The notes beneath the pieces were generated by a model, which did not search any database, was not told the DNA's origin, and saw nothing but the letters and a program-made list of their open reading frames with translations. From the human T2T-CHM13v2.0 reference genome, Homo sapiens, in NCBI RefSeq assembly GCF_009914755.1, contig NC_060929.1: a stretch of DNA of 64,000 bases; one strand, written 5' to 3'. The translations under genes and the position numbers were made by a program. Of the stretch, positions 15,640 to 31,485 are shown in pieces (position 1 is the stretch's first letter; each line of letters begins with the position of its first letter).

Positions 15640-17070
15640 GAAAAGCTGTTCTATCTCCTGTCTAAGGCTGACCTCCCAAATGTTCTCTTTATCCTCCAGA
15701 ATCTCACTCCAGCAATTATCTCTTTTTCTTGTTTCATTCCTTCATCTCTCTCCACTTCCTTTTTCTGTCACCCTACAAGCACGTTAAGTTTTCCTATTTT
15801 TCTAAAAAAATGCAAGAAACATCTCTAATTTTCTTTTCTTCCCAGGCTACTTTTTTATTTCTCACTTTCTTTTGACACCAAATCGATTCCCTTACCAGTT
15901 TTGCTGTTCTATATTTTTTACTTACAAAATCTGACAATCCTATCAACTTGCTTCTCTTCCAATCTAATCTCAATAGCAGGTTTTTCTTCCTCGAAATCTT
16001 CTCTCTCGAGGTACAATGATATTTCTCTTCCTACCTCTGTGACCACTCTTTTTCTATCTCCACAAGGGTTCTTCTGTTTTTACCTAGGCCATAAAAGTTG
16101 GTGTTCCCAGGGTTATGTTTTCAGTGCCCTTCTCACTCTAGGAAAACTGATCCACTGTTCTGGATCAGTTATGGGTGAAACCACTGTTACGGTTTCATCT
16201 CATTAATGCTGACTTCAAACATTCACTGCCAATTCTATTTACTATCTCGCCTTTTGAACATTACATCAACATACCCAGTAATTAACTGAACATATCCTCT
16301 TGGGTGCCTGCATGAAAATCTTGACCTCAACATTCTTTAAACCATACTAGGTCCTTCCTGCAAATACGTTCCTCCTCCTATGTTCTCTTCCTCAATTAAA
16401 AGCATCAATCGTCAAGCCCAAAAATCTCAAAGATGTCATTGATTCCCACCCTGTCCCTTAAGCATCTCATGAACTTAATGTCTGTCTTTATTCTGCTCTC
16501 TCCTATCTACACCATGGCTACTGTCCCAGTTCAGGTCCTCATTGTGACTTCCCTGCCCATCTCCTGTTCGCTAGTCTTATAACCCCTCCTGGCCATACTG
16601 TGCACTATAGCGAAAGTGATCTAAGTTCTTTACCTCTCTCCTACTTAATAACGTGATTGTTCATAGGACAAATCCTAACCACTTAATATGATATTCAAGG
16701 CTCATCAAAATCTGGTGTCACTGTATTCTTTCGGCATTACCTGCTGACACACCTGTTCTTGAACCCTATGCTGTAGCCACAATTGATGACTCATTATTCC
16801 TTAATCACAAACTATGTTTCACTTAACTTACTTATGCACGTTCCTTTGCAAACATTGCAAATATTACAAAAATGTTATTATATTCTCTGTCCAATAATCT
16901 TACCCCTCCCCTTCTACACACATACTTTGTTTCTCTGTAAAAAAATTACATACCCTGCAAAGATCATTTGAAATGGCAGCTCTTCTGCAAAAGCTCCCCG
17001 GTTCCCTCCATAACCAGTTTCCCTAAATAATGTAGCACGTAGTAGATTCTACTTCAGATTTGTCAATGAG
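15640..17070 (+). mobile_element. Long degenerate L2
   Basis: Pyrimidine-rich L2 ORF2/3' sequence (ctcctgtctaaggctgacc; ggctactgtcccagttcaggtcctcatt). Confidence 0.6.
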
Positions 17071-17174
17071 TGAGTTTTCTAAGACATGCTAATATTAATG
17101 AACACATCTTATCTCTTTTTCAAAGAGAATATGATACTACCAGAGATGTGTCTTTTATGTGGTACTCGGGATTA

Positions 17175-17455
17175 GAAGGTAAAGTCAAAGGGTACAAATT
17201 TGCAGTTAAGTAGAATCAATAAGTCTAGAGATCTAATGTACTGCATGAGGCCTATAGTTAATCACATGTATAATGAAAATTTGCTCAGAGAGTATATTTT
17301 AAGTGCCCTTAGTACAAAAAAAAATAAGGTAACTATGGAAGATGGTGAATATGTTTCTTTGTTTGACTGTAGAAACTATTTTACTATGTATGTAAATATC
17401 AAAACTTCATGTTGTATACCTTAAATATATACCATAAAAATAAATATTAGAAAAA
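17175..17455 (+). mobile_element. L1MA 3' end (L1MA7/8-like)
   Basis: gtcaaagggtacaaatttgcagttaag...aagtctagagatctaatgtac...gttgtataccttaaatatatac, followed by an A-rich tail. Confidence 0.8.
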
Positions 17456-19512
17456 GAGTACAGAATTTAATGTCAACTCTGAGGGTGGTTTGGCTCTGTA
17501 CTCTGTCACCCAAGTTGCTGAACTGAATTGACCACTAATTGAGCAAAAGCCCCTTTCATCCCTTCTAGCTCCACACATGTGCCCCCTGAAGCTCTCAACT
17601 CAGTCAAAGAGGGCAACTCTCCAAAGCATAAAACAGGACCACAGGATGCCAAACAGGCTTCATTCTTGGTCTAACACCTTAATCAATTAGTAATATCTTC
17701 CTAAAATACTATATGGAGACAAATTCCAAAGCCATGTCCAGACTTAGCGAAAAGGGTGGTATGACATTAGTTTTGCCTGCCACGGACCTGGACAGATGAC
17801 TAGTAGCACTCATGTCATAATTTTGCCATTTTATCAAAGGTATTTGAATAGCTACAGTACCATTCTATAATCACCAAATAAGCCTCCATGGTTATGGTCT
17901 TAATGTGAAAATGTGTGTGTTTGCCTAAAGTCCTATTGGTACTTATATTCCCTTTAAATCACGTTTTTATTCATTACAGTTTATAGCTCTGATAAAGAAT
18001 ATTTAATTATAATATTTAAGTCAAAGAAAACTAACAAATACTTTTTTGAGCATACAGTATTAGACAAAGAAGCATGAAATATAGTCTCTGTCTTTAAGGA
18101 AATCACTATCTGGATAGAAGATGAGCCACAAATTCATTAAAATATTTCAAAGCTTTTGAGAGTTAAAATGACAATACAAATAAAAATGTAAACTATATTG
18201 CAATCACTGCATGGTTAATTGCCAAATGAGTGCTTTGAATTAGTGTGATAGAGACAGCATGAAGGTATTTGTTACACCCTTGATCACTTTTGCCTCTGGA
18301 AGGAAATGATTGGTGAGTTTAGATCCTTGCTAGAAAACACATGATGTAAAATGCACGCATGTCTGTGAGATGTGAGTATATCATCTCTGAGGAACAGTAA
18401 GACAGTAAGGAGGTTTTGCCTAATAGATTACTGTTCGCTAGTAGTAATGACTGATTTCGATTTTTTTCTGAAGAATTCCTCACTGGTTAGTCTCCCTGGT
18501 GGATATTTGAAGTGCACATCATCTGATGATCCAAATGGGGCTCTCCATTTCTTGCGAGGCATAAGCCAGTTCCATTCCTTGGCCACAGTGCTTGGTTCAG
18601 GAAAGAAGTGTGGCCACACCAAACTAATCAGGCTCAATTCTAGTTAATTGTGGGACTTCACTTGCAAGGCAAGGAAGAAAGAGTCATTCATACTTTCCCA
18701 CCAGGCTTTCACTTGAAAGGCTATAACCACCAGCCTCTTTACCCCCTCCAGCCACCTTGTCCGTATGTGGAGTCTAGGAATGAAGGCACCACACAGAGGA
18801 GAGGATTGCAGAATCTAGAGACAGGGTCCTAGTAATATTTTTTTGTCCTGAACCCATCTGTGCCTGAAGCAAGATCCAATCTTGGACTTTTCAATTACAT
18901 GCACCAATAAGTCCTTTTTCTTGCTTAATCCAGTGTGGGTTGAATTTCTATTATTTATAACTAAGAGCTCTTACTGTTAAAGTCCTTAGTCTCATTTCAA
19001 TAGAACATCTTGAATATATCGTCTAACATACTTTACCTATAACATCTCACACTACACCCTTCTACTATTCTCCCAAAACTTGTTCATCCATAACTGACTC
19101 AACTCCTCCCACAATTTTCTGAAGTAAAAATAAGATTGGACAAGCATCATTGGCTTGTCCAGTTGATAGAAGCATTGACCTTAACCAAAAGGGGCTGAAT
19201 TACTGATGCTCTGAATGGGAGTCCCCAAGTTAAAAACAAAAAATGCCTGGAGTAGAGACCAGGTCTCTTGATTCTTAGCCCTGGTACTAAATCTTACCCC
19301 CACCTCCAAATTTTCCCCCACATTTCATTTCTGCACCTGCTCACTTGTAGCATCATTCCCAGAACTGTGATTCCTAGTCTGATGTGGGTAGAATAGAAAC
19401 ACCTTTTCTGTTGAAAAACCTTCTAAAGGTTGCTGCAGGACCAAGGAGATTCTGTTGATTAGGGCTTCTTCAGCCAGAAAATTACCCCTGTTAAAGGATA
19501 ATTAGTGCTTTG

Positions 19513-19566
19513 TGATGGTGATTATGATGATGATGATGGTGATAATGATGATGATGACAATGACAA
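19513..19566. repeat. Imperfect (ATG)n microsatellite
   Basis: Seen directly. Confidence 0.9.
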
Positions 19567-19736
19567 CACAGCATCAGAATGAAGAACTCTTCAAACGAGT
19601 AGCAGGCTCTGAGGAACCAAGACCCAGAGACTGACCACATTTGCAACTAGCAGTGACCACCACTGACAACTCATTGCCCTCAGCAGCCTTCACCCTCGCA
19701 GTGACATCTTGTGCTAAATTAAAATGTACTCAAGCT

Positions 19737-20028
<292 letters not shown>

Positions 20029-21037
20029 AAAATGCACTCAGGCTGAGTGATGGAGTGCAGCATCATTGGAAATCAGAACCCCAGGTTCTGGAAGCCACTA
20101 GAGCCTGGCACGTAGACAGGGCCACTTGGCAGTACAATATCCCCCTAAGGGAGCGCACTGGAAGCGAAATAGATGAATTTGACAGTGTGAGCTATCACCA
20201 AACATAAAACTATTTCCCATGCAAGACAGTAAGACAATTCTGTCCTCTAGAGAAGGGGTTCCCAGTGAAAGGTCAGAACCTGCCTGGTGGGTCTCAGTCT
20301 TCCCAGGAGATCTTAGATGCCAGGGTGTAGCCTCCCTTATCCAGCCTACTGACATCAAGAGCTGATTTGCCTCTAATCCAATAGTAACCACCACTCAACC
20401 TACCCTCGCTCTTCTTCCACACTTTGATGGGTCTCCCACAGGGAGGTTAATTCTGGGCCTGAATCTTAATCCGACCTCCCCACTTCACTCAGAAATATTC
20501 TCCACACCTCTTCTCATCCCCACTCTTCATGGAATAGTATTTACTACCCTTCCAAGAAAGACCGAAATCATGTATTTATAAAGGCAACTTCATTGTTTTT
20601 AAGCCAATTTACCACAATCAACTTCAAATCAGTTATGAATGTCCATGCATTCACTCCTTTGGCACAAATTTATTCATCATCTACTATTGCAAAGCACCAA
20701 CATGTCAGAATTTAAGATGTTAAAATTTAAAAGTTCTAACTATGTCAGGTTCACTATCATATCGTAGTCCCTAATCCGTGACTTGGCACATAATAGCATT
20801 CAATAAATATTTTTTGAATAAAGTAATAAGGAAATTTAAAGAAATTGAACATTAAAAACCTATGCCTCAAGAAGCTTATAGAAAGTCCTCAACTATATAA
20901 AAGTGAAGAAAATATTGCTAAGACCCTTCCTCAGTCCAAAATCCTAAGAATCTATGATTCAAAGTCTTAGTTAGAAGACAAAAAGGTTAAAAGACAGGGC
21001 AGGGGTTGTCACAAAGAGTCAATAATAAAAATCATAG

Positions 21038-21359
<322 letters not shown>

Positions 21360-21669
21360 TTAAAGATTGAATGTGTTAGAAGTGATCAGAAAAGGGAGAG
21401 ATCTTTTAGGCCCACAGAAGGAAGTCAGAAAGAAAAAAACGTGGAGGAGATGGAACTTGCACAAGACCTTGAAGAAAGGAATTGTTGGGAAGGGCACAGA
21501 GCTAACAAAGCTGGGAATTATTCCAAGGGAACAGAGGAGCTCAGCCTTCAGGGGGCTCAAATGGGACAGAACTTTCTGAGCTGGAAGAAAAAGCAGCTAA
21601 AAGGAATGCAACACTTACTCCATGGGAAGTACTGTTCTACTTAGCTTATCGAAAGTTTTGCAAACTTTT

Positions 21670-22130
21670 AACATTATTTATTAAGTACCTATTATATTCC
21701 AGATGCTCTCCTTAGATGCTAGGGACACTGCAGTTAACAAAATGCTCCATGGCTTCATAGAGCCTCTCATGGGGAGAGCAGGCAATGCACAAAATAAGTA
21801 AAATACAGAGTGTGCTGAACGACGCTAAGTGCAATGGAGAAAAATAAAGCAGAGAGCAGGGATGAATGTTTGGAATAGAATGAAACAAAGTGGTCAGGAA
21901 AGAACTCGCTGAGAACATGATATCTGAGTGAAGACCTGAGGGTAGTGAGGGAGTGAGACTTGCAGGTGAAGAGCACTGACAGCAGAGGAACCGCGAGTGC
22001 AAAGGCCTCCAAGTAGAACATGTCCCATGTGCATGAGGTCAGCTGGCTGGAGCTAAGGAGGGGAGGGAGAGAAAGTCAAAGAGCTAACACGGGTCAGATC
22101 AGAGAGGCCTCGTAAGCTATTGTAGTGAAC
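21670..22130 (-). mobile_element. L2 (L2a-like)
   Basis: atttattaagtacctattatattccagatgc...gcagaggaaccgcgagtgcaaaggcc. Confidence 0.75.
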
Positions 22131-22149
22131 GGTGAGCCTCTGGTTGACT

Positions 22150-22285
22150 CACAAGCTACCCGTCATTCATTTCCCTTTACAAGGGGACTGAAGCTCTGCG
22201 AGGCCATGTGGCTTACCCGAGAGCACACAGATAACAGGTAGCAGAGCCAGGGTGTAAACCCAGGCCTCCCTGGCCCCTGCTACTT
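22150..22285 (-). mobile_element. MIR
   Basis: ccctttacaaggggactgaagctctgcgagg...gcagagccagggtgtaaacccagg. Confidence 0.7.
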
Positions 22286-22384
22286 CACCTGACCCCACCC
22301 TCCCCTCTCTTCATGATTCATTCTTGTGTGTGTGTGCACGTGTGCATACACATGCATGCACACTCACACCTCGCCCTACTATTT

Positions 22385-22715
22385 TCATTCCTCCAACACC
22401 CCCAGGTCCTCCTTGTCTTCCCTCGTGCTGTTCCCTTTAGCTGGAGTGCCCTTCTCCTACTCTTGATCTGATGGGTACAGCTTTCGGGCCTTGGTTCAAA
22501 TTTAATGGCCTTTCCTGACCCTCTCATATAATTTAGCTGTGCCTTGCTGTACCTTCTCAGGGCCTCCAGTTCTACTTTCCTTTGTAATTACATGTTTATT
22601 TGTGTATTCGTTTTTCTTCCCCCACAAATTCTCCCGCCCCAGACTGTGTCTCTACCCAGCACCCAGCCCAGTGCCTGGCACATAGGAGGCACACAATAAA
22701 CATGTATTGAGTAAC
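22385..22715 (+). mobile_element. L2 3' end
   Basis: cccagcacccagcccagtgcctggcacataggaggcacacaataaac. Confidence 0.75.
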
Positions 22716-24084
22716 TGAGAAGACCAAAAGGGTAAAGACAAAGTAGGAAGACCTCAGAGAGGTTTCTGGGCATCAGTAAGAAAAGGAAACCAATGGCTGT
22801 TGCAAGAGAGATTTGGGGTTATCTGTGGCCCAGCCTGTTTCCTGCCTGGTTTTGGAATGAGATGCTGCAGGCTGTCTCTGGCTGCTCCACAATCTAATAC
22901 ATTCATCACGTGACTCACCACCACCCCCCAGCAGCCTCTGGAATGAATGTTATTTGGAGTAATTGGCCAAGCACTTAGAAAATGCTAAGGTTTATTTTTA
23001 AATATGATTACGACCTGTCTTTTGCTTTCCGGAAAATCACGTGTGCTCTTCAGAGATACAAAATCCGATCATTGCACTTTTAAAACCAACGTTTTAATCT
23101 TGTCCTCTAAACAAACTTGCTAAGTTGGTTTAGGGGAAAAGCATAACCATCCCCATTTGATTGATAGGAAAACTGAGGCTTAGGGGAGATTAAATGCACC
23201 ATCTCAGGCCAAATAGCTATTGAGAGTAGCTATCTTGAAACCAGAGAAAGCTGCATCCACTCTACTATCCTGCCTCCCCCATGCAAATAATGCAGATGGT
23301 CCCCCAAAGAGAAGAAGAATCTAGAAAGAGGAAACCATGGCCTTCTTGGTTTGGTGTTTTATGTGGCAGCAGGGCAACCAATCGTTCTAATTAGGCCACA
23401 GGAAGCCTGTTTCTCTTTAAGAACCTATTAGCAAGCTGGCAAAATCTCATCCCATTACCATGTAAATAAATAAGGATAAATTTTCCCACATCAGCCTCCC
23501 AGGGCTGAACCAAAACTCTCCTCCTTTGCATATTTTCGATAACCTGCTTATTCTGGAATACCTCACAATTAAAGATAGCATGCTCTGGACATCAGTAATT
23601 CATCGTGGAATGGGAAAAAGGATGAGATAATTAACATTCTCTGGCTGGCTTTGGCTGGGAAGTAGCTTAATAAGCACAAGGGCGTGTTTTGGGCTATTTC
23701 CATCATGAGGGTAGAATAAATAAAATGGATCCTTTTGCACACTAGACTTGAAGGATTCGTGTCAGGCTAGTTGGCCCCAGAGCTTTCGGAGTTGGGTTTA
23801 GATCTCCACTGTGGCAAAGGCAGCTGATCAGCAAATGCAGCCCCAGGGCCGGACTGGGTAGGTGGGTTACAGGGAGTAAGGGCAGCATGTCTCAAAGCCA
23901 CTCTTTAAGCTTCTAGCTCGTACTGTAAGCTTTAACTTTTCGGTGAACTGCTCTCTGACCTTCCATTTTTTTCTTCTCTGATTCCTTTTATCAAGCCATA
24001 TAACTTTGATGGGCCCTCCTTAGTTTGCCCTTCTGTAAAATGGGAAAGATAATGTGATTTCGAGTAATTGGCCAAGGACTTAGG

Positions 24085-24304
24085 CAGGGGTGTCTAATCT
24101 TTTGGCTTCCCTGGGCCATATTGAAAGAAGAAGAATTGTCTTGGGCCATGGATAAAATACACTAACACTAACAATAGCTGATGAAAAACAAAATCACAAA
24201 AAAATCTCATAATGTTTTAAGAAAGTTTACAAATTAGTGTTTAGCCTCATTCAAAGCTGTCCTGGGCCACATGCAATGCGCAGGCCTCCAGTTGAACAAG
24301 TCTG
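24085..24304. mobile_element. MER30 (hAT-Charlie MITE)
   Basis: caggggtgtctaatcttttggcttccctgggcc...ttgaacaagtctg, ~220 bp with imperfect TIRs. Confidence 0.88.
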
Positions 24305-25839
24305 CCTTAGAGCAAGCAGGATTACTGAGGATTAAAACATCATCATTATCATCATCGTCATCATCAGTGTCATCACTATCCCTTATGAATCATTTATGAT
24401 GTGTCGGGTTTTATCATGTGCTAGATGTATTTCATTTGCATTATTAAGTTTGATGCCTACTGGGATAGATGATCAGTCTTCAAACCTCAAAATAAGCTGG
24501 AAATAGAGTTTTTAAAATTTTGTATCACACGGTTGAAAATAAACTAATGAAACACAGAACCCCAAGGGGGATAGCACAAGCAGTCAGAGAGTTTGAGTAT
24601 ATTTATGCATGACAGAGCCATAAATGGGTGCTGGGATATACCTAACCTTTATGGTTGACGTCATGGGGGAAATGGTTTCTCTGTCTACTAACTGAGATCA
24701 AGGAAGGGTACAGCATGACTGTGCCCTCTGGGTGCCCATCCCGTGGGACCTCTGTTGGCAGCAGACTATGAGTCTGTGTGGACTTGTGTCTGTCCCAGTA
24801 TGGCAATTCCTATATTTTATGTTGTTATGATTCCTAAGAGAAAAAAATTTTTTCAGCTGAGACTCTTGTTTCTATGATGATGCTCTGACGGGTACCTTTA
24901 TTCCTTCTACATTCTATTTTCTTAATCGAAGTAGTGAAAATTAGTAGCAATTTACTACAGCAAGTCAGAAAGGAATTGTCCTAAAATGTCTGAGCATTTT
25001 AACCAGCACATGGAAAACTGTCCCCCACCTCTGTCCTATTTGCACACTGTAACATCCCTCACCCATCTTTGCCTCCTTTCCTTCAGGCCTTGTTGAAGGA
25101 TCACCCTCCTCTAATCTAAGAATTTAAGACTAATCTTGCCACTTGCACTTCATTTTGGTACATACTGCTCAGGTATCTGACCTTATCTGTAAACTCTTCC
25201 TCTGTCCATCTTCAGTTGCGCTCAACTCTCTGGCTGGCTCCTTCACAGAAATAAACTTCTTCATCTCTCCCACCATCTTAAAATAAGCCCTCATCTTAAA
25301 AATAAGCCCTCCCTTGATCCCTTATCCTTTTCCAGCTACTGTCTTATCTCTTGCTCCCCATCAAAGCCAACAGTCTGAGTTGTCTTCCCTTATGTCTCCA
25401 CTTCCTCACCTCCCACTCTTGCCCCTGCAATATAGGCTGGTTCCACTCCTGGTTGACCTCTGAAATTGCTCTCACCGAGATTATACGCTTGGTAGTCCAA
25501 TCCAACAGGCACACGGAGCCACCTTATTCAATGGCTCTGTGGTAGTTGACAGGGAGGGCCTCCTTCTTAACACTCTACTCTTGGACTTCCCAGGGTGAGA
25601 TTTCCTTGCATTTTTCCTCCTCATTTTTCTTCAGAGGTTATTCCTGATTGAACCTTTTCTAGGCTGTCTTCCCCTTTCACTTCACATCATCTTTTTGGGA
25701 AATTTGATGTTATCATCCAGTCGATATGCTCTCTCCCAGACAGAGCATGTCTATCACTCTGCTGTCCATATCTCCATCCCAGATGTTTTCTCCTCAGTCC
25801 TTGGACACTTACTCCTGCCCGGACTTCCCACAGGCCTCT

Positions 25840-26310
25840 TGTATGAGTTTCCCACTGCTGCTGTAACAAATTGTCACCAACATAATAGCCTAAAACAACG
25901 CAAGTTTGTTATCTTACAGTTCTGGAGGTCAGAAGCCCAAAATCAAGTGGCTAGGTGGACTAAAATCAAGATGACAGGAGAACTGCATCCTTTCTGGAGG
26001 CTTCAGGATAGAATCTATTTCTTACTTTTTCCAGCTTCTAGAATTGCCTGTATTCCTTAGCTCATGGCTCTGCACACTCCAACCTTGGCTTCTGTTGTCC
26101 ATCTCCTTCTCTGACTCTTACCCACTTTCCTCCCCTTATAAGGACCGTTATCATATTGGGTCCACCCAGATAATCCAGAATCATCTCCCCATCTCAAAAT
26201 ACTTGAGTTAATCTCATCTGCAAAGTCTCATTTGCCATATAAGGTAACATATTCACAGGTCCTGGAATTAGAATGTGGACATTTTGGAGCAGCATTTATT
26301 CAGCTTACCA
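25840..26310 (-). mobile_element. MaLR solo LTR (MLT1D-like)
   Basis: tgtatgagtttcccactgctgctgtaacaaattgtcacc...cagttctggaggtcagaag...aatgtggacattttgg. Confidence 0.88.
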
Positions 26311-26723
26311 TCCCCCTAAAACTCAGTTCATGCCCGAATCTGAAATCATTTTTCCCACCAAGATGAACTATGACTATCCATCCCACTGAGCCAGCCAGAA
26401 ACAAACATGGCATTATCCTGACTCCTTTTCTCGCATCCCTATATCCAATCAACGAGCAAATCCTATCAATTCTTAATGTCTGGCCAATAGAGTCACATCT
26501 CTCCACCCCTCCTACTGGTGTCTTGATTTGAGCCACCACTGTTTCTCATCTGGGATACTGCCACATGCTTTTTTCTGCTGTTCTTGCCTCTGATCTTGAC
26601 TCCTCTCCTCCATTCTGAATGCTGTCCACAGAGTGTTCTTTAGAAAACACAGATGTTAAAGTTCTTCCAACTACTACCACCACCACCATTACCAGGATAG
26701 GAAAGGCTCCTTAATTATAACAT

Positions 26724-27582
26724 TGTGATATGATAAAAATATATATCTGGTCTTCATCCTGGGCTCCCAGCACAGAGCTCCTAAAACCCTTGGAATTTCC
26801 TGAGTCTTAGGGGCAAGATGAGCGTCTTTTGTTATTCACAACAAGCCTAATGAGGTGACTCCTGGAAGATGCAGGACGGTTGCCAGAGAAACCAACCATG
26901 TGATTAGAGGATTGGAACTTTTAACCCCAGCCCCAGAAGGGAGCTGGGCCTCCTTAGAAGGGAGAAGGGCTGGAGATTGAGTTCAATCCCCAATGGCCAA
27001 TGATTTAATCAGCCATGCCTATGTAACATAGCCTCCATTAAAAAAAAAAAAAAAAAAAAACATAAACTAGGGGTTCAGAGAGCATTCAGACTGGTGAATA
27101 TATGAAGGTGCTAGGAGGGGGGATAAGCCCAGACAGGGTATGAAGCACCAGACAGCCCCTCATCCCCATAACTTGCCCTGTGCATCTCTTCCATTTGACT
27201 GTTTCTGAGTTGTAGCCTTTGCAATAAACTGGTAATGGTAAATAAAGCACTTTCCTGAGTTCTGTGAGCCACTCTAGCAGATTGTCACACCCAAGAAGGG
27301 TGTCCTGGGAACCCCCAATTTATAGCCAGTCAGAGAATATGGATCATAACCTAGGACTTCTGACTATTGTGTGAAGTGGGCTTCGGTGCTGTGGGACTGA
27401 GCCCTTAACTTCTGGGGTCTGTACAACTCCAGGGAGTTAGTGTCATAATCGAACAATGGGGCACCAAGTTGATGACCAGAGAGCTGGAATATTGCTTAAT
27501 GTAAGGAGGGAACTCACTCATGTGGTTGCCTAAATTGTTCTCGGAGTATAGAGAAAAGCAGTTTATCCCTTTTACTAATGTA
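26724..27582 (+). mobile_element. MER21-family solo LTR
   Basis: tgtgatatgat...cacagagctcctaaaacccttggaatttcctgag...ctggagattgagttcaatccccaatggccaatgatttaatc; internal A21 run. Confidence 0.85.
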
Positions 27583-27917
27583 TAATTAACTTCAAGGTCC
27601 TTCAAGACCTGGCTCCCTATTTGCCTTTCCAACATCATCTCCTGCTGCTCTCCTCTTGCACTCTTAGCCTTTAACCACATGGAACCACTAGCAATTCCCA
27701 GATAGGGCTGTGGACTTTTGCACTTGCTGCGTCATCTACTCTAAATTACCTTCTCTGCGACACATCTGTCACTCTTCACCTAGCCAACCTCAATTCATCC
27801 TTTAAAACTAGCTCAGTTACCATCTCCTTCAAAAAGTCTTCCCTGATGTTGCAGATGACACAACTGGCCTGAATACTTCGCCCCTTTCTACATCCTCACC
27901 CTTTGCAGGGTAGCTTA

Positions 27918-28259
<342 letters not shown>

Positions 28260-28583
28260 CTATTTCCATACTCCCCACAATTTTCTCATGTGGCTTGCTT
28301 TGGCCAATGGGGTGTTAACAGCTTCACATGCAGAGATGCTTTGCTTTTGGGATTTTGTTTTGCTGTGACAGCAGTTTCCTCATCCTGCAGCTCCTTTGGT
28401 GGCCCAGTTCTGTGTCGTGGTTTGCAAAGTTGTCTTCCAGGAAGCTTGCCCTAGAGACTGTTTATTCAGCCCACCGAACGATTGTATGAAGTATTTAGTA
28501 ATAATACTCCAACAAAAACAACAAAAATAATAATAAACATTTCTATCTATTTATTAATAAATTCCTTCCCACTTAACTAACTA

Positions 28584-29036
<453 letters not shown>

Positions 29037-29291
29037 TTATTTAAAGTACGTTAAATCCATGCAAATATGTTCATGTCATGCTACATTTTTAAATTTTATT
29101 TTTTTAAATATATAATATAATCAATTTTTGCAAAGAAAAAATCATGTACACATATATGCATATAGATTGATAATAAACATTTTAAAGAACACAAACATAA
29201 CATACACGTTATTTCTAGATAATGGAATCAAAGATATTTTCTTTTTGATTATTTTTAATTGTTCTGGAATAAGCACAGATAATAATAATAG

Positions 29292-30562
<1,271 letters not shown>

Positions 30563-30799
30563 TAATAATAATAGGCACATCTCATTTTCTCCATACCCTA
30601 TTCTTATTCTCTAATCTTGGTGGGTAATAAGTTTTTCAGACACTTCAGTCCTTGCAAATGGATGCAAGGCCTAATATACAGTACACATTTATCCCTAAAT
30701 GGTGTCCCTATTTTTACAGAAAAGCAAGGCTCAGAGAGATGGCATAACTGATCCAACTGAACTCCTTTTAACATGCTAACCTCTACAGGTAACAAATGC

Positions 30800-31030
30800 C
30801 AGCCAGGACATTAGCAAGAAGCACTGGCTTCTAACCATTTTGGTCATTTAATAGCTATGTAAGCACTGGACTTTTCCAACTTCTGTGAGCCTCTGTTTCT
30901 TTCACCTGAAAATTGGGTATAATAATGGCACCTACCTCCCAGGGCTGGTGTAAGTCTCCAATGAGATATACATATGGAAAGCTAAGGACACTGCTTAGCA
31001 ATAAATGCTCAATAAATATTAGCTGCTACT
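30800..31030 (+). mobile_element. MIR
   Basis: tctgtgagcctctgtttctttcacctgaaaattgggtataataatggcacctacctc...gctcaataaatattagc. Confidence 0.8.
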
Positions 31031-31249
31031 ATTACTATTATTATCCTACTGTAATAGGGTTACTATCATTAGCCTACATTATTACTATTTTATATTACTC
31101 TAATTACTATTACTACAGTTCTTATCCTACTGTAATAGAATTCTATCGCTCCTATTTCTTTAATTCTGAGAGAGTCAGGTTGAGATGCTGCCCTAATTAT
31201 CTGTGTGTTCCCAGTATCCAGCATAACAGATACTAATTTAAACGAGTGA

Positions 31250-31485
31250 GGGTGTGGGTGGATGGATGGATGGATGGATAGATGAATGGATGGATAGATG
31301 AACTGAGACAGGTAGAGAGATGGGATGTAAATAAATGTGTGCTATGGACAGGTGGATAGAGGGGACCTTAAGTAACTTAGTATGTCAAATGCCTGAATAG
31401 GAAGGCCGGTAGGTGGTTGGCAGAAGAGTGGACGGGTGGATGAATGATCGAACGGGTGGATGGGTGGGTGGGTGGATGGATAAAG
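31250..31485. repeat. (GGAT/GGGT)n simple repeats
   Basis: Two clusters, ~31255-31300 and ~31430-31480. Confidence 0.85.

Larger units (their letters stand above)
25050..27860 (+). mobile_element. Long L2 fossil interrupted by MLT1D-like and MER21-like LTRs
   Basis: Collinear L2 pieces at ~25050-25839, ~26312-26723 and ~27585-27860. Confidence 0.65.

Noticed and set aside
18290-18640. Possible C/D-box snoRNA or processed pseudogene fragment (ATGATG/CTGA motifs; 69-91 aa ORFs)
   Set aside because: No terminal stem, recognisable guide, poly(A)/TSD or protein similarity. The distal part resembles an old MaLR LTR.
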